NCBI GenBank assembly: GCA_009914755.4
Contig: CP068257.2
Span: 17,088,001-17,152,000 of the forward strand
Reading direction: 5' to 3'
DNA: 64,000 nt
DNA from: the human T2T-CHM13v2.0 reference genome, Homo sapiens
How positions within the stretch are numbered: position 1 is the first letter of the stretch; every line of letters begins with the position of its first letter. Of this stretch, positions 40,948 through 55,585 are shown piece by piece. A program made the position numbers and the translations under genes. The notes beneath the pieces are model-generated. The model was not told where the DNA came from. It saw nothing but the letters and a program-made list of their open reading frames with translations, and searched no databases.

Positions 40948-43900
40948 AGTAGTTTTCAATTAGATATAATTAATATAAAAAGAATACCAAAATCCATAAG
41001 GCAATCAGTGTGTAAACCCCACTCATTCTGATTTCTTCATTATGCATTCCTTCACTTAGATTTAAGTTGGAGGAATTTTAAGTGTTGTAAACATTACCAT
41101 TTTAATAACATGATATATAAACCTAGAAGGTAATACATTAACATATTTTACAGTAGTTTATGACTTTGTAAAGAAAAAACAAATAGAATGAACCTGCCAT
41201 TCATAATCTGTAGTTTTATTTCGAGAGCTGGGAATTCATGGGAAGTTTGTAACTGCAATTTGATCACCTCCCCTTTGAACCTATCTCAGTCATGAGTACC
41301 ATAATGTGCACTTCTTTACTTCAGCAGAAGCTGCTTAGAGACAAATTACTTTGGTGCTAGATTAAATGCACCTCAGCAGCTAGACTGGATGGCATTTCAC
41401 TCCCATGCAGAATCCTTGCAAGCTGCACTCTGACCTTCTGGATGACATCTTCTGCCTGACAGTCATTATTTTCTACCTCCAGCTCACTAGGACACCTAAG
41501 TGGAGCAGTCATTAGAGTTCCACAGGCAGCATAAATGGCCATATATATATATATGTTTCTGTGGTCAGAAATTGGAGGGGAGGAGATGAAAGGAAAAAAA
41601 GGGCTCCGAAGTTGCTTTTATTCATGACTGCACCTCTCCCTCACTGACTCTGAAGCTCACTGTTGTTGATTTCCCTGTGATCCTTGATTTCCTTGTGATA
41701 TTTCAAACCATTCCAGTCTCTAGATTGAAGGTTTATGTTGGCCTTGTTGTGGTACTATCCGATAGAATTTTGGATGATGTTTCTGTCCTACAATTCTGAA
41801 AATTGCCATTAAACAAAGGTTATAATGTAGTTAAATAAGGCATGTAGGAATAAAGCAAAATCAAGTCTGGAGGATGATACAACTCTTCTGCATGGTTAAG
41901 TATGTTGTAACAATGATTCTAGAGGGAGAGATCAGTGTCGAGTGGGTATTGATATAATGGTAAGTAACCCATTTCTCCAAATCTCTTGACACTGTTCACT
42001 CCTGCTTTCTTGTGCCTTATCTACTCTCCTCCCACTTCACCTCCTCTCTTAAAATTCTCTCCTCTTCCTCCCCTTCCCTTCATTATATTCTTAATGTTTA
42101 TTTTCATTTTTTTTTCCTGGTGAAGACATTTAACAAATCAAGAATGGATTCCAAGAATGCTGAAAGCTTCCTAGTTTTTTCCTATATGAAAATTATGCTT
42201 CATTCTTTCAATAAAAACATGCCAGAAAATGTAAATTATTCTGTAACTGCATTTTTTGTCTAGTTCTCTGGATTTCACCATCACATTCCATAGATGGCTA
42301 TTGTCTTTTATTTGCAAGGGAATATACTACTTGTTAGAGAAATAAGTAAATATTAGCTTAGATTTCTGCACTGGAAGTATGCAGAGCTTTGCTCTGGGGA
42401 TGAAATAAAATATGAAGTATGTAATTGGGAATATGTTGGCATAAAATGAGGGACTAATAAATGGTACCAAATATTGAATAAAGTGACAGTTTCATCAGCA
42501 GTATCAATGTTCAAGGCATGTAAAGAAATTAGAAGGCTTACAAAGAAAGTCTATCTCTCTTTTCCCAGGTGTGTGTAACAAAAGTTCTTGAATAAACCTG
42601 GATTTTGCTGATCTGGAGTTCAAGCAAGTTCATGCACATCTGCTAAGTTAATGGGGCAGTTGCATTATCTTGCTGTCACGTTTATTTAATGCTGAAACCC
42701 ACTGATGGTAAATTATACCATAAAATTTTAAATTATATTTTACAATATAGAAATGTGCATAAATAAAACACACTGTGTAAAAAAAAAATAATCTACACAC
42801 TGAGAGACAGACTCATACTCAAGCAATTCTCTGCTCCTGCTCCTAGTAACTATCAAATTCAGCAACTCAACCTTTTGTTATCACAATATCTTTAATAGAA
42901 TTGCTTCAGATTAAGTTTTTTTGTGTATTTTCTTTGAATAATATATTCTAGCTGCCTGTTGGGAAATATCAGAAACTAAATTAAACTATACATCTTCTCC
43001 ATATTCTTTTCTCCAGACTATATGCAAATATATTTATTTTTTATTTTCTGCATAATATTACAACTTTTAATTTTGTTAGATAAGCAAATTTTGGCTCCTA
43101 TTCTCATGTTCTTTCTACCAGCTGCCGTCCATTTTCCATCATTTATGCCATTATTTTACATTTAAAAGTAATTAATACCTATTTTCCATGTTAATTTTAA
43201 ATCTTTGTGCTTTGTGAGATAGTGTTTGAGAATAAAATAAAAATCATCATTTAACTTATTAGGATTGTGAAAATGCAATTCCTTTCTGAAGCCATAGAGT
43301 CCTGAAAGTTCTTTCTACTTTCTCATTCTATATATTGGCAGTTACAAAATATCTCAGTTAGTTAGCTTTATATTTGTCATTTCTTAAATGAATTTTTGTT
43401 TTCCTAAGAATTTTTCCTGGCACTTGCTTTGTTTCCCACACCCTCTTTCTCTATCTGCTAAAGTCAAACATAAAGTTCTTCTAGTGCTCTACTACTAAGA
43501 GTAATCCTCACCTTTCCAGCATTAGATATTGACAGTGATGGGCATTACCAGCTTTGATGCAAAGCAGCTTTGCCTGAGATGGTAGATGTGACACTATGGG
43601 ACAGATATTGCATCCTCTACAAGACTACGGGAAGTTTTGCAATAATGTTAAAAGACTTTAGTAGCTACATTCATTCTTCTAGCAGACAGGGAGGCTTTTG
43701 GCAGGAAATGATGCCATAACTACTGCTTTGGATAGGGGCGATATCATCAAAGATAACTTAAAAAGTAAAGGAAGATATTGTGGGTTTTATTTGAACACTG
43801 AGCAAACTAGTTCATGGAGTGCACGTAAGTTATACCTTCGAATTTCAAAAAACTATTAAGGTATTATTTTAAGATGATAAGATCTTTGAAAAAGCAGGTC

Positions 43901-46299
43901 GTAATAAACCCAGAGAAATGTTTGGTGTGTGACAGCCTGTGTCAACATAATTTTGCCCAAGTCTCTGAAACATTAGAAAAATATAGAAGCAGTAAATATC
44001 TATTCTAATGGCTTCAAGACATTTTCCCCCCTCTTCTCTGCAATGGCCTCTAATTCAAATTAATGGACCCCCAATGCTCCTGCCTCTGAGAAAAGCTCAT
44101 TGAAACATAAGTAAGTGTGTCTCTTACTCCATGATCCAACCGAGGCTAATGAGAGAATATCATATCACACTTGATTAATTTGAAAGTGGGCACTGGCCAA
44201 ATTACCTGAGTCAGAGTTCTTGCCTGAGGTTTTTCAAATGCTACCCTAGAAGAAAAGCAATTTCTTTATGGTGACGAAAGTTATGAGTCATAAAAACACT
44301 GGCATGTTCACTGGTTATGTTTCCTGCTATTTAGAGAAAACAGCTTTAAAGTGAAAGACAGTAAAGCCAGCATATTGAAAGAAAAATAAATTAGTACCAA
44401 GAGAGTTCTGATTGCATTTTTGTCCCTGGTCCAGTTGTTCATAAATTCGTTCCATCTCTGCCATCTGTATTTTGGTTGTTACATTTTCATTGAATTCTCT
44501 GAAGAAATGTTCTTCATTTTTCTCCCCAAATTAGTTTGAGTTAGGTTTATGTCAGTTGGCATTTAAGAATCTTAAGTAATTTGAAAAAGTTGAATGCCCG
44601 TTTATACTCACTAATGACTCTTTATTGAATTTTCTCAGAGTAAAGTTGACAAGTATTGCCATAGCAGGTGAAGTTCACTTCAGATTAAACACAATGTCTT
44701 TGACTGTGCCAAGAATATAATTTTATGTTTTGTCAACTATTAGGTAATAAGTAATTCCGGGATTCTGAGGTTGGCTTACTCATCAGTAATATTTATAATA
44801 TTAGAAATTTACTTCTAAAGAGAAAATTCACCACTTCCGTAATTTTATAGACCTTGATTTTTACATGGAATTTGATGTGTTTTTTATGTTTTATGCTAGT
44901 ATTTATTTAAAATAAATATTTAAATAACTTAAATAAATATGTTATCACTATATTATACAACGTAAATAAATATGTTATCACTATATTAATGTTTTAAGGT
45001 GTGTATATGACTTTAATGACTGAATTTTTATCCATGAAATGCAGGCATTAAAAAATGGCATTTAGAACAGAGAAATGTGAGTTGCTCCTTATTGGCTATT
45101 TCACTTTCTGAAGTTTCAGTTACTTTGTGTTAACCCTAGTTCAAAAATATTAAACAGAAAATTCCAGGACTAAACAATGTATAAAATTTTAAATTGCTGC
45201 TGTTACAAGTAGTGTGATGAAGTCTTGTATTTTCCTGTTCTGTCTTGCTGGGGAGGCGAGTCATTCCTATGTCCAGCATGTCCACACTGTTTATGCTACC
45301 CACCCATTATTCTCTTGGAAGCCATCTTGGTGATCAGATCAACTGATATGCCAGTGCTTGTGTTCAAGTCACCCTTATTTTACTTACTAATGCCCCTAAA
45401 CACAAGAGTAGTGAGGCCAGCATCTGGATATGTCAAAGAGAAGCCCTAAAGTGCTTTCTTTAAGTGAAAAGGTGGAAGTTCTTAACTTAATAAGAAAAGA
45501 AAAAAATTGTATGCAGAGGTTGCTAGCACCTGTGGTAAGAACAAATCTTTTATCCCTGAAACTGTGAAGAAGGAAAAATAAATGAGTGCATAGTATATAT
45601 ATGGTTCAGTACTATCCTTAGTTTCAGGCATCCACTGGAGGTCTTGGAACATATATAAATAAGGGGACACTACTATCTATGTATGTACTGGTGTGCACAC
45701 ACAGTCAGCAATTGTTTTAAGGGTTGTTTACTTTAAATTGCAATAATAATCTGTTGTAATAACGTTACATGATCCACTAAATCATGTTACACAGAAATTA
45801 GCAAAAAACATTTTGAACTGCTTACTATATTAGTTTTTAATTATTATTCCAAAGATACAATATTTAAGATGACAGTTTTATTGAATAATGATAGAAATGC
45901 TAATGGCATTCCATAAAGTTTATATTAGAGCAGTATATTTTAATTTATTGATCTTTCTTATTTCTAGCAATCTACTCCCTCCCAATTCTTTTAATTTTAT
46001 ACATCAATCAAGATGACAAGATTGGTAGGCATATAGACAAAATATCTATAGGCACTTTCTAAGGTACTGGAAGTTATAGCACATCATGTGTTAACAAAAA
46101 CAACTTTTTAAAAACTCTTCTATAGCTTCACATATAATCGCAAGGCATGTGAACTTTAAGAAATCTTATGATGTGATGATAGTGACAGGAGGCACACAAA
46201 TTCCTAGGCATATAGGGACAGGCCCCCAGTGAAACCCAACTTTCAAGGCAAAAACAGTGGAAAACCTAAAAACCAAGCTACAAGTCTAGAAAAAAATCC

Positions 46300-46710
46300 A
46301 TGGACTGAACTGAGAACCTCTCTTCCCATTTGGTGCATTTTCCTCTGATTGATCCCCTCCCTTCACCGATTTTACATATACCTACCCTTCCCTAATTGAT
46401 TTTCTACATTGCCATGCCCATCTTTGAGTGGTACATTTTTTTAGCCATTTTTGCTTACTCACAAACCAATCACCATGCACTCCCCCATTCAGAGCCCATA
46501 AAAACCCTGGACTCAGCCACACTTAGGGGACTACCTGCCTTCAGGTGGAGGACCACCTGTCTTCAGCTAGGGTACTGCCACTTTAGCTCCCCTCTCTACT
46601 GAGAGCTGTTCTGTGGCTCAATAAAACTCTTTGCCTTGCTGACCCTCCAGTTGTCCACGTAAATTCATTCTTCTTGGATACAGGACAAAAACTCAGGACC
46701 CACAGGTGTG
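46300..46710 (+). mobile_element. Class I ERV solo LTR, same family signature as the LTR at 21690-22080 (MER4/MER51-like, uncertain).
   Basis: CCAAT (caaaccaatcacc), TATA (cccataaaaaccc) and poly-A signal (ctcaataaaactctttgccttgctgaccctcc), then ...ttgtccacgt...attcttcttggatacaggacaaaaactcaggac. It is collinear with 21715-22065. Confidence 0.55.
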
Positions 46711-49700
46711 AAAAGGGCTATAACACTATAACCCTCCCTCCTGCTCCTGGAGCAATGGGAGGCCTGAGCAGGGGCACTGCTGGCAGCAGAGGTCTCCAGC
46801 TGGTGAAGCAGCCCCCCAAAAATCCTCCATTACTGATGTTTCTTAAAAGAGATTATTTGTGATCCTGACACTCCAAAAATTACCCGGGTCTGTCCATATT
46901 TATTGATGCAATTTTATGCACAAATAACTTTCAGCCGTTTGGACTTAAAAAGTAAAACTAGGCTTTGTGAAAGCCTTGTTTCCATGGATAGAAAAATACT
47001 TAACTCCTATGGTTAGAATTGCCTTGAGCTACAAGTGTTAATTAATCATAATCAACAGTGTTTCAGTGATGATGTATCACCAGTTATTTCTAAAAATAAC
47101 AAAAAAATACACCAATAATATTTACCAGATGGGAACTAACTTTAATGATTGACTGGATTGGGGGTCCAAGCTCAAGAGCAATAAGTAGTATAGTCAGTCA
47201 TACATAACCATTTTGTTCAAACTTCCTGCTTACCCTTGCAATGATAATTTACCTAATATAATTATAAAAGTTGATGACTGATGGCTGTAATAAAAAATCA
47301 ATCTTTGAAGTAGAGAATAATGACAAAGTTTCCAAGTTCTGTGATGAAAGTACTTAGAAAGAATGTACAGTGACTCCATACATTCTGTTATCCATTAATA
47401 GCTCCTTGTTTTGACCTTAAACATGTCTCTCTTTGTCACATAACAATGCTGATGAAATCCACTTCATCACACAGACTCACAAACTTGGCCTTGTTCAACT
47501 TTTCCCTTTTCTTCTACTCAGACATTTATTCAGTTATCTAGGTTGGTTATTTTTAACTATGGAATGTTCTAAATCAGTTTTTCTTTCCTAGCTTATTATG
47601 ATTCCCTAATTTAAATTCCTCTTTGTCACCATTAGGAATATTGTAATAATCCCTTAACTTCCCTTCCAGATACCAGTATTTCTAGTCTTTGTTACCAATA
47701 ATTCCCATCTTTTTGGTCTCAGGACTCATTTATAATCTTATAAGCTATTAAAGACCTCAAAGAGCTTTTTAAATGTAGATTCCACCCACTGATATATGCT
47801 GCATTAGAGAGAATAACTAAGAAATATCTATTTATATTAATTTATCTTAAAATAGACATTAAAATTCCATTACATATAAACATGATATCATATTTTTATA
47901 AAATAACTATATGTTTAATACAAAACATGAGGAGAAGAGAGGTATTACTTAAACATTTTTACTTAGAGGAAAAATGGATTCTCATATATGCTTCTGTGTT
48001 CCACTTAAGGATATCATGTATGGCTCTACACAAATACCTAGTTTGAAAAGCTGTTTTTCCTTTTTAATATCCTTTTCAGATTACTGTCAATATTCTTCTT
48101 TGATATAACATCAAAACTCAATAAGTGGTAGTTTGCTAATAATTATTTGCAATGTGGAATTAGAAAGCAGATCAACAAACGTTTACCCTCTTACATTAGG
48201 ATCTGTTGATACATCTGTGCTTTGACTCTTACCTGCCTGTGAATTTGCTGCATTATACATGGGTATTTAGAAAATGCTGGTTCCCTGAGTTGTGTAGATA
48301 TCCCAAATATTGAAATGTTTCATTATACAATATCAAAATCAGGTTCATTTTTATTAAGTTCAATAACAATATGATCAGAAAAGTATTAAGTATGAGAAAT
48401 GTCATGTTCTTGGTGGTGAATACTAATTTTCCAATTTTTTTTACTTGAAAGCTCAAATGTTATTATTAGCAACAAATACTTTAAGTTGTTTACTTCAAAG
48501 TTACAGTATCACTTATTTTTGAGGAAGTGTTCTTCAGAATGGCCGTATTTGAACTATCATAGTTTGTCAGTCGTTCTTTCTAGTAAAGGGTATTTTATAA
48601 AAACAGTAAAGTGTCAGGAGTCCCCAAGATTACCCCTAAGTTTGTGATTTACAGAAATTAGCATATAGTCATATTCAATGCTAAGATGCATTCCAGCAAA
48701 AGGAAACAAAGCAAAGTCAGCCAAGGGGGAAGGCTCAAGAAGCAAAATCTGGAGGAGACCAGGCAAAAGCTGCCAGGATGTACTTAAGTCCTCCAGTAAT
48801 GAGCTGTGACATGTGGGAAGTGTTGTCTACCAGAAAAGCTCATTCAGTCTCAACACCCGAGGTTTTTATTGGGAGCTGGTTATGTAGGCAACTTCTGCCT
48901 AGCATGTATCAAAATTCCGGATGCCCAGAGTGAAATCAAGAGTACAGCATAAATCACATTGTTTGTACAAAGATTTGGGGAATGGTGGGAACATAGACTA
49001 AATTCAAGTTCCCAGATGGCATCCAAGGGCCAGCATTGCAAGCAGACCTTTCTAAGGAAAAGTAGTCAGATCTGCCGTATGTATTATTGCTTTCCTGCAC
49101 AAGCAGCTAATCCATCTTACAACTAAAAAGTTATATACAGGTGCTTTTTCTCAATACAACAGTGATATATTGGTCTGCACCCTGTACTTTACACATACTT
49201 CTCATTTTGTGACACGTGACATTCAAAGATGTGTACCCAAAGTTGAGATTAAATAAAATTAATAATTTATTTCTGCTGCTTTTAGGAACTTTTCAGGTAA
49301 AATGGCAGCTTTTGTTTCTGTTTTTTCCTACTAAGCATTTATAATGAGGAAGAATATAATGGCTACTCATATAATTTAGTGCAACCACTTTGATTCATGT
49401 TAAGGCACAAGCAGTTTTATTCATCATTGCTTTTGCAACATTACTGCAAATATTAACACAGTGAAAAAGGCAAGAAACATCTTACAGTAATTTTGACCTT
49501 GCAGATCCTTTGAAAGTTTTCAGATACTCACAAGTCTACAGTCCACAATTTGGGAACTGTTGTTCTACACTATAGGTACAATTATCTCTGTGAAATACTA
49601 ATCTGATATCTTTCCTTCCATTGTTTAACAAACATTATGACTCTAGTCTCTATGGAATAATAACCAGGCATTGTATTGAATTCTTAACAAATGCTGACTT

Positions 49701-49922
49701 TAACTGGCCCTTTCAAGATAAATTGTCCCCTATTTCTGCAAAGCCGTGCCTGCTAATCATTCCATAAGCATAGTGGTCTCTCTTCTTAGAATGGTATCCA
49801 CTATTTATAGATTCTTATTTATCAGTATTCACATTGATTTATTTAATGTTATCTCCATCTAGGCCCAATGGAAATGTAATCAAAATTATCCGTAAAGAAC
49901 TATTTCCCTAGCTTATTAATAG

Positions 49923-50191
<269 letters not shown>

Positions 50192-51594
50192 ATTTCTTTA
50201 TTCCCCTATTTCCAAAGATAGCTTGGCACCCTTAAATTTCTCAAGATTTTCTCAAATGTAAGATGACAGAAATCACAACCATTATATTACCTTCTAAGCT
50301 TTACCTTCCTCTTGGTGGTCCCAAACTTCATGTGTAATGCCATGACCATTTAAGCAGTCATATAAATCAGACAACTGAAATCCACTTTACCCCACAATTC
50401 TTTGCAAATCTCCACCTGTTTGACCTTCTTACCATGTCTTTGATCTACCCACTTTTCTCTTTTCACCACCATTCTGTTCTATACATTGTCATAATCTCCC
50501 ATTTGAACTACTACAGTAACCTCTTAGTTCTTTCCAAACATCTCTCCTTGCCCTCACCTTCAAGCACTCCTTTGAAAGCTTATATCATAGAGATATATTT
50601 AAAATGAACAATATGTTCAAATTCACCTCATCCCCGTACCCACACCTTGCTTAAAACTTCAAAGTAGCTTACCATTGATCCTTAGTATAAATATAAAAAG
50701 CTTTCAATATAAATATAAAAGTCCTTAACATGAATATAAAGTTCTCTTGCTCTGATCACTGTCTACTTACAACAAGATTTTGTGTTCAGTTTTACCTTGC
50801 CCTCTGTATCCCATTGTCCCATTGGCTTGCCCAGGTTTTCGATTTGTTCCTCAATTACATCATGTTTCCTCCTACACAAAGCCTGAACATGTGCTGTCTA
50901 GAAATTATTTCTAATTTTATCCGCATCATTCTCCTATACATTGTTAAAAATATTCTTCATTTTGATCTCTGGTTAATAATAACTAACTCAAATATTTGAA
51001 TAATGCAATTTTCCCCTTCCCCGCTCTCACAATTTTTGGTAGCACTTCTTCAATGTGAGTTTTTTTACTTCACTTGTAAGATTTGTTGATTAATATCTAT
51101 TTTCCCAACTGAATTTTTATATCCATGAGTTCAAAGTGCTTGTCTGATTTTGCCTCCAGTGTTACCAAAAACTCATATTATAATACCTGTCTCACAGTAA
51201 GTGCTGAAAAATATTTGTCAAAATTATAAGTAATGATAAAGCTACAGTAAAGAAGACAATGTGTTATTGGTGGAAGAATAGACAAAAGTTTATTGGAACA
51301 AAATGGAGAATCCAAGAATAAACTCACATAAATTGAGTCAACTAATCTTAGAAAAAGAGAAGAGGTAAAATTGTCAGAAATGTTGGAATCAGAGTGACTC
51401 CATATTGAGTGAGGGCTAGGAAAATGAGGCTGAGACTCGCTGGGCTGCATTCCCAGAAACTTAGATATTTCTAGCCTCTAGATGTTTATGGTTCAGGGAG
51501 AAGATTGATAACGTTTACTAAACAGAGTGTCCAGATATCCCGATATCTTGAGAACAGAAGCATTCCTAATTTTGCTTTAGAGATAATAATATCA

Positions 51595-51987
<393 letters not shown>

Positions 51988-54900
51988 TTATTACAAACCC
52001 TTGTAGCAAAGCACATCTCCCCATGATCTTTTTTTGTTTGATATATAATCTAGTATTGTACTTAAGGTGGATGCGTTCCTCCTCTGACTTTGGGAATGCC
52101 CTACTCTGTCTATGGAGTAGCTGTACTTTCACGACTTGATGTTCTTAATAAACTTGCTTTTGCTTTGCACTGTGGACTCACCTGAATTCTTTCTTGCACG
52201 AGATACAAGAACCCTCTCTTGGGTTCTGGGTCAAGATGACTTTCCTGTAATCTTTCACCTTCCTCACAATCATGACGGAAGGTGAAAGGCACATCTTACA
52301 TGGCAGCAGGCAAGAAACAGAATTAAAACCAAGCAAAACTTCAACACATATTAGCAACAGTGCATCAAAATGAAACTTTCTTAAAGTTCATTTACTGTTA
52401 CGTAGCATGCAATTATACAATATTTCCTATGTATCCAAAATGTCACTGGCTTCTGCTCCCACTGGATTGATTAAATATATTTAACATATATATAAAATAT
52501 GTATAGTTTACATACATATAAATATATAGTAGATGCTTGAAGAACACAGGTTTGAATTGCACAGGTACCATTATGTGTGATTTTTTTTCTCTGCCATCCC
52601 TGAGTCACCAAGATAAATCCTTCCTTTTCCTCCTCCTCTTCAGACTAATCACAATGAGGATGAATACCTTTAGGGTGATTCCCTTTAATTTAGTGAACAG
52701 TAAGTATATTTTCTCTTGCTTATGATTGTCTTAATAACATTTTCTTTTCTCTAGCTTACTTTATTATAAGAATACAGTATACAATACATATAACATATAA
52801 AATATTTGTTAATATGCTGTTTATAGTATAGGTTAGGCTTCTGGTCAATGATAGGCTATTAATAGTGAAGTTTGGGAGGACTTAAAAGTTACATGCATAT
52901 TTTTGATGGTGTGGAGGTCAGCATGTTCACCCATGTTGTTCAAGGGTCAACTACAAACCTGATAGCCCTTTGTGGATACTTGCTTCTACTTAGCCCATTG
53001 TATCATGTCCTTGTGGTGATTGTGCTCATTCATTATGAGAATTTCTTCAGCTTGAAGAACACCTGTTTCTGAATCTTCTCTGAGCTTTAGAAATATTAGC
53101 AAGGGAGGGAACTTAGATGGTTCTGTCCCTGATCTAACTTTCATTACGAAGTTCTGGATCAGAGAGTTCCTCTCTGGAGGATTACGCGTCACTTAACCGA
53201 TCATTGCTTCCGCAATCACAGACTCACCAAGGACAGTCATTATACTTCCTTCTGGAGTAATATCCCTTCTCCATTAAGATTCGACTTCTGCCCTGGAGAC
53301 TGAGGAACTAGTAATCCTGTCTCAAGATTGGGCGATTAACTTCAAATTGCTTTTCAACACTAGGTTGAAATAGTCTTCCCTGAGAACCTTCTCTTTATTT
53401 GCTCAGAGGTTGATAAGACATTCTAGCTGTTCCCTAATATATTTTCATAAAGCAAGCATAAGTGATATCAAATCATTATCTCAGGGTCACATACTGGTTA
53501 ATGTCCTCCATATCCTGTTAATTTAAGGTGAAAGTGAATTTTATGTCTGGAAACTGTTGTATGTCTTTGGTATCTTCCTTCTGCAGTGTGTCTGAATTGT
53601 AAGGTCAGAACTTAGGTCATTGAACTTGTTATATAAGGCCACCAAAGAATAGTAATTAAAAAAAACTAGCAGTTATCTTATTTGTAAAAGAAGACAGCTT
53701 GGTTGATGATATTTTTGTACCATTGACATCTAGAGTTTGAATATATGTGTTAAATTTGCTGCTACTGCAGCACTTGACCCTATTCACTAGGTGATGTCAA
53801 TTTTCTGATTCTAATACTATTGCTGACTTGAGGGGGAAGGTTGACTATTTCCATACAGTTTGACCTGTGATGATTTTAAATTGGAAACAGTGAGTAAGAC
53901 TAAAATCATGGGGGAATACTTTTTTTCTAATATTCTCTAGTAGTCATACGTAAATATAATAGTTCTAATGATTTAGTCAAAACCTAATTAATGTCAGTAA
54001 TGGAGAACAAATGTAACTAATAATGCAATCTTATAGACAGTATTATTTTAAGCTTCACTGTACATATGGATTTCTCTTTATGTGCCTATAGTCATATGTT
54101 TAAAAGCTTTATATTTATAAAAAAGTGATGACTTAATGTCAAGTTAAAACATAATATTTGAGCAATACTTCACTATTCCCATCTCATCAAACATGTACTT
54201 TTTCCTCTGGCTCTCCACATCCATTATGGCTCTCTTGACTTTTTTTCCTTTGTCAAATTCATTGTTATTATACTAATTATTATTATGACATAGCTTCCTT
54301 GATATGTTCTTGTCTGTTACCTCTCATCTAATTTGATCTATATATTTACCAAATTAATGCTTGGTACTTCTTAGTATTATAACCTTTATCAAGCCTCTTC
54401 ACCACTCAGCATAGATATATATGTACACATAAAAACACACATACAGTGGCTTTTCATTTCTTGTTAATTTCAAATTCTTCATACTCTTACTAACTCTCTG
54501 ATATAAACATTCCCTTCACATTCCTTATGTGATAAACACACACCCACTGTGATAAACGAGCAAAGTTTAAAGACCTCTTATCTTTGTTTTTCTGGTACAC
54601 AAACCTCTGTTTTAATTTATTACTTTGTCCTGGAATGCTTTTCCCTGAATTTTGAAGGGCAAATTCAATACAGGTATTACCTTGGGAAAGACCCCAAGAG
54701 CTATTGTTCCTTTTTGAGACATTCATAGAACTTTTAGTTCTATGCTTTAATGCCATTTATATTCTATTTTGTAATTTAATTATTATTTTGTGTATTAAAA
54801 TCATCTTTTTTACTTGATTACCATTGTAGAAAAGTTTTTATTTTCTTATAATTTTGTAGTACTGTGCACAGTCTTCTATAATAAATAAGACTTATTTGTT

Positions 54901-55215
54901 AAAAGTCCCTTGAACAATGAGTGAAATAATTCTCTTTAGTTAAAAGGCAGACTATATTTCTTTATATTGTAAGAAAATGGAATCCTCTTACAAAGAGAAT
55001 GTCTGAAGGAGGCCACTGATTTTTATTTCTTTGAGATATTATTTTACCCAAAATTTCAGTACAGTTTTGCCAACAGTAACTCTAAAAGCATCTTCTAATG
55101 TTGGTCTCTTTATTATCTCCAGTTCCAAAATGGTATCATTCTTTGATAAACACAGATTTTGAGAAACAAAACATTTGAATGTGGAGATGGAGAAAGACAG
55201 AGTGTTCAAGGAATA

Positions 55216-55585
55216 TATATTAATCCGTTCTCACACTGCTAATGAAGACATACCCAAGACTGGGTAATATAAAGGAAAGAGGTTTAATTGACTCACAGTT
55301 CTGCATGGCTGTGGAGGCCTCAGGAAACTTACAATCATGGTGGAAGGGAAAGTAAACATGTCCTTCGTCAGAAGGTGGCAGGAGATAGAAGTGCCAAGCA
55401 AAAGGTAGAAAGTCCTTTATAAAACCATCAGATCTCGTGAGAACTCACTATCATGAGAACAACATGGGGGGAACCACCCCCATGATTCAACTACCACCCA
55501 TGGGGACCATCCCGTGACATGTGGGGATTATGGGAACCACAATTGAAGATGATAATTTGGTTAGGGACAAAGCCAAACCATATCA
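55216..55585 (-). mobile_element. THE1/MST-type MaLR solo LTR in antisense.
   Basis: tatattaatccgttctcacactgctaatgaagacatacccaagactgggtaatataaaggaaagaggtttaattgactcacagttctgcatggctgtggaggcctcaggaaacttacaatcatggtgg...ccacccccatgattcaactacc...caaaccatatca. This is the reverse complement of the THE1/MST consensus. Confidence 0.8.

Noticed and set aside
41300-41560. Moderately GC-rich unique stretch with a 61-aa ORF, considered as a possible exon.
   Set aside because: There is no supporting splice or poly-A context that I can verify, and nothing beyond a short ORF. It would need conservation or RNA evidence.
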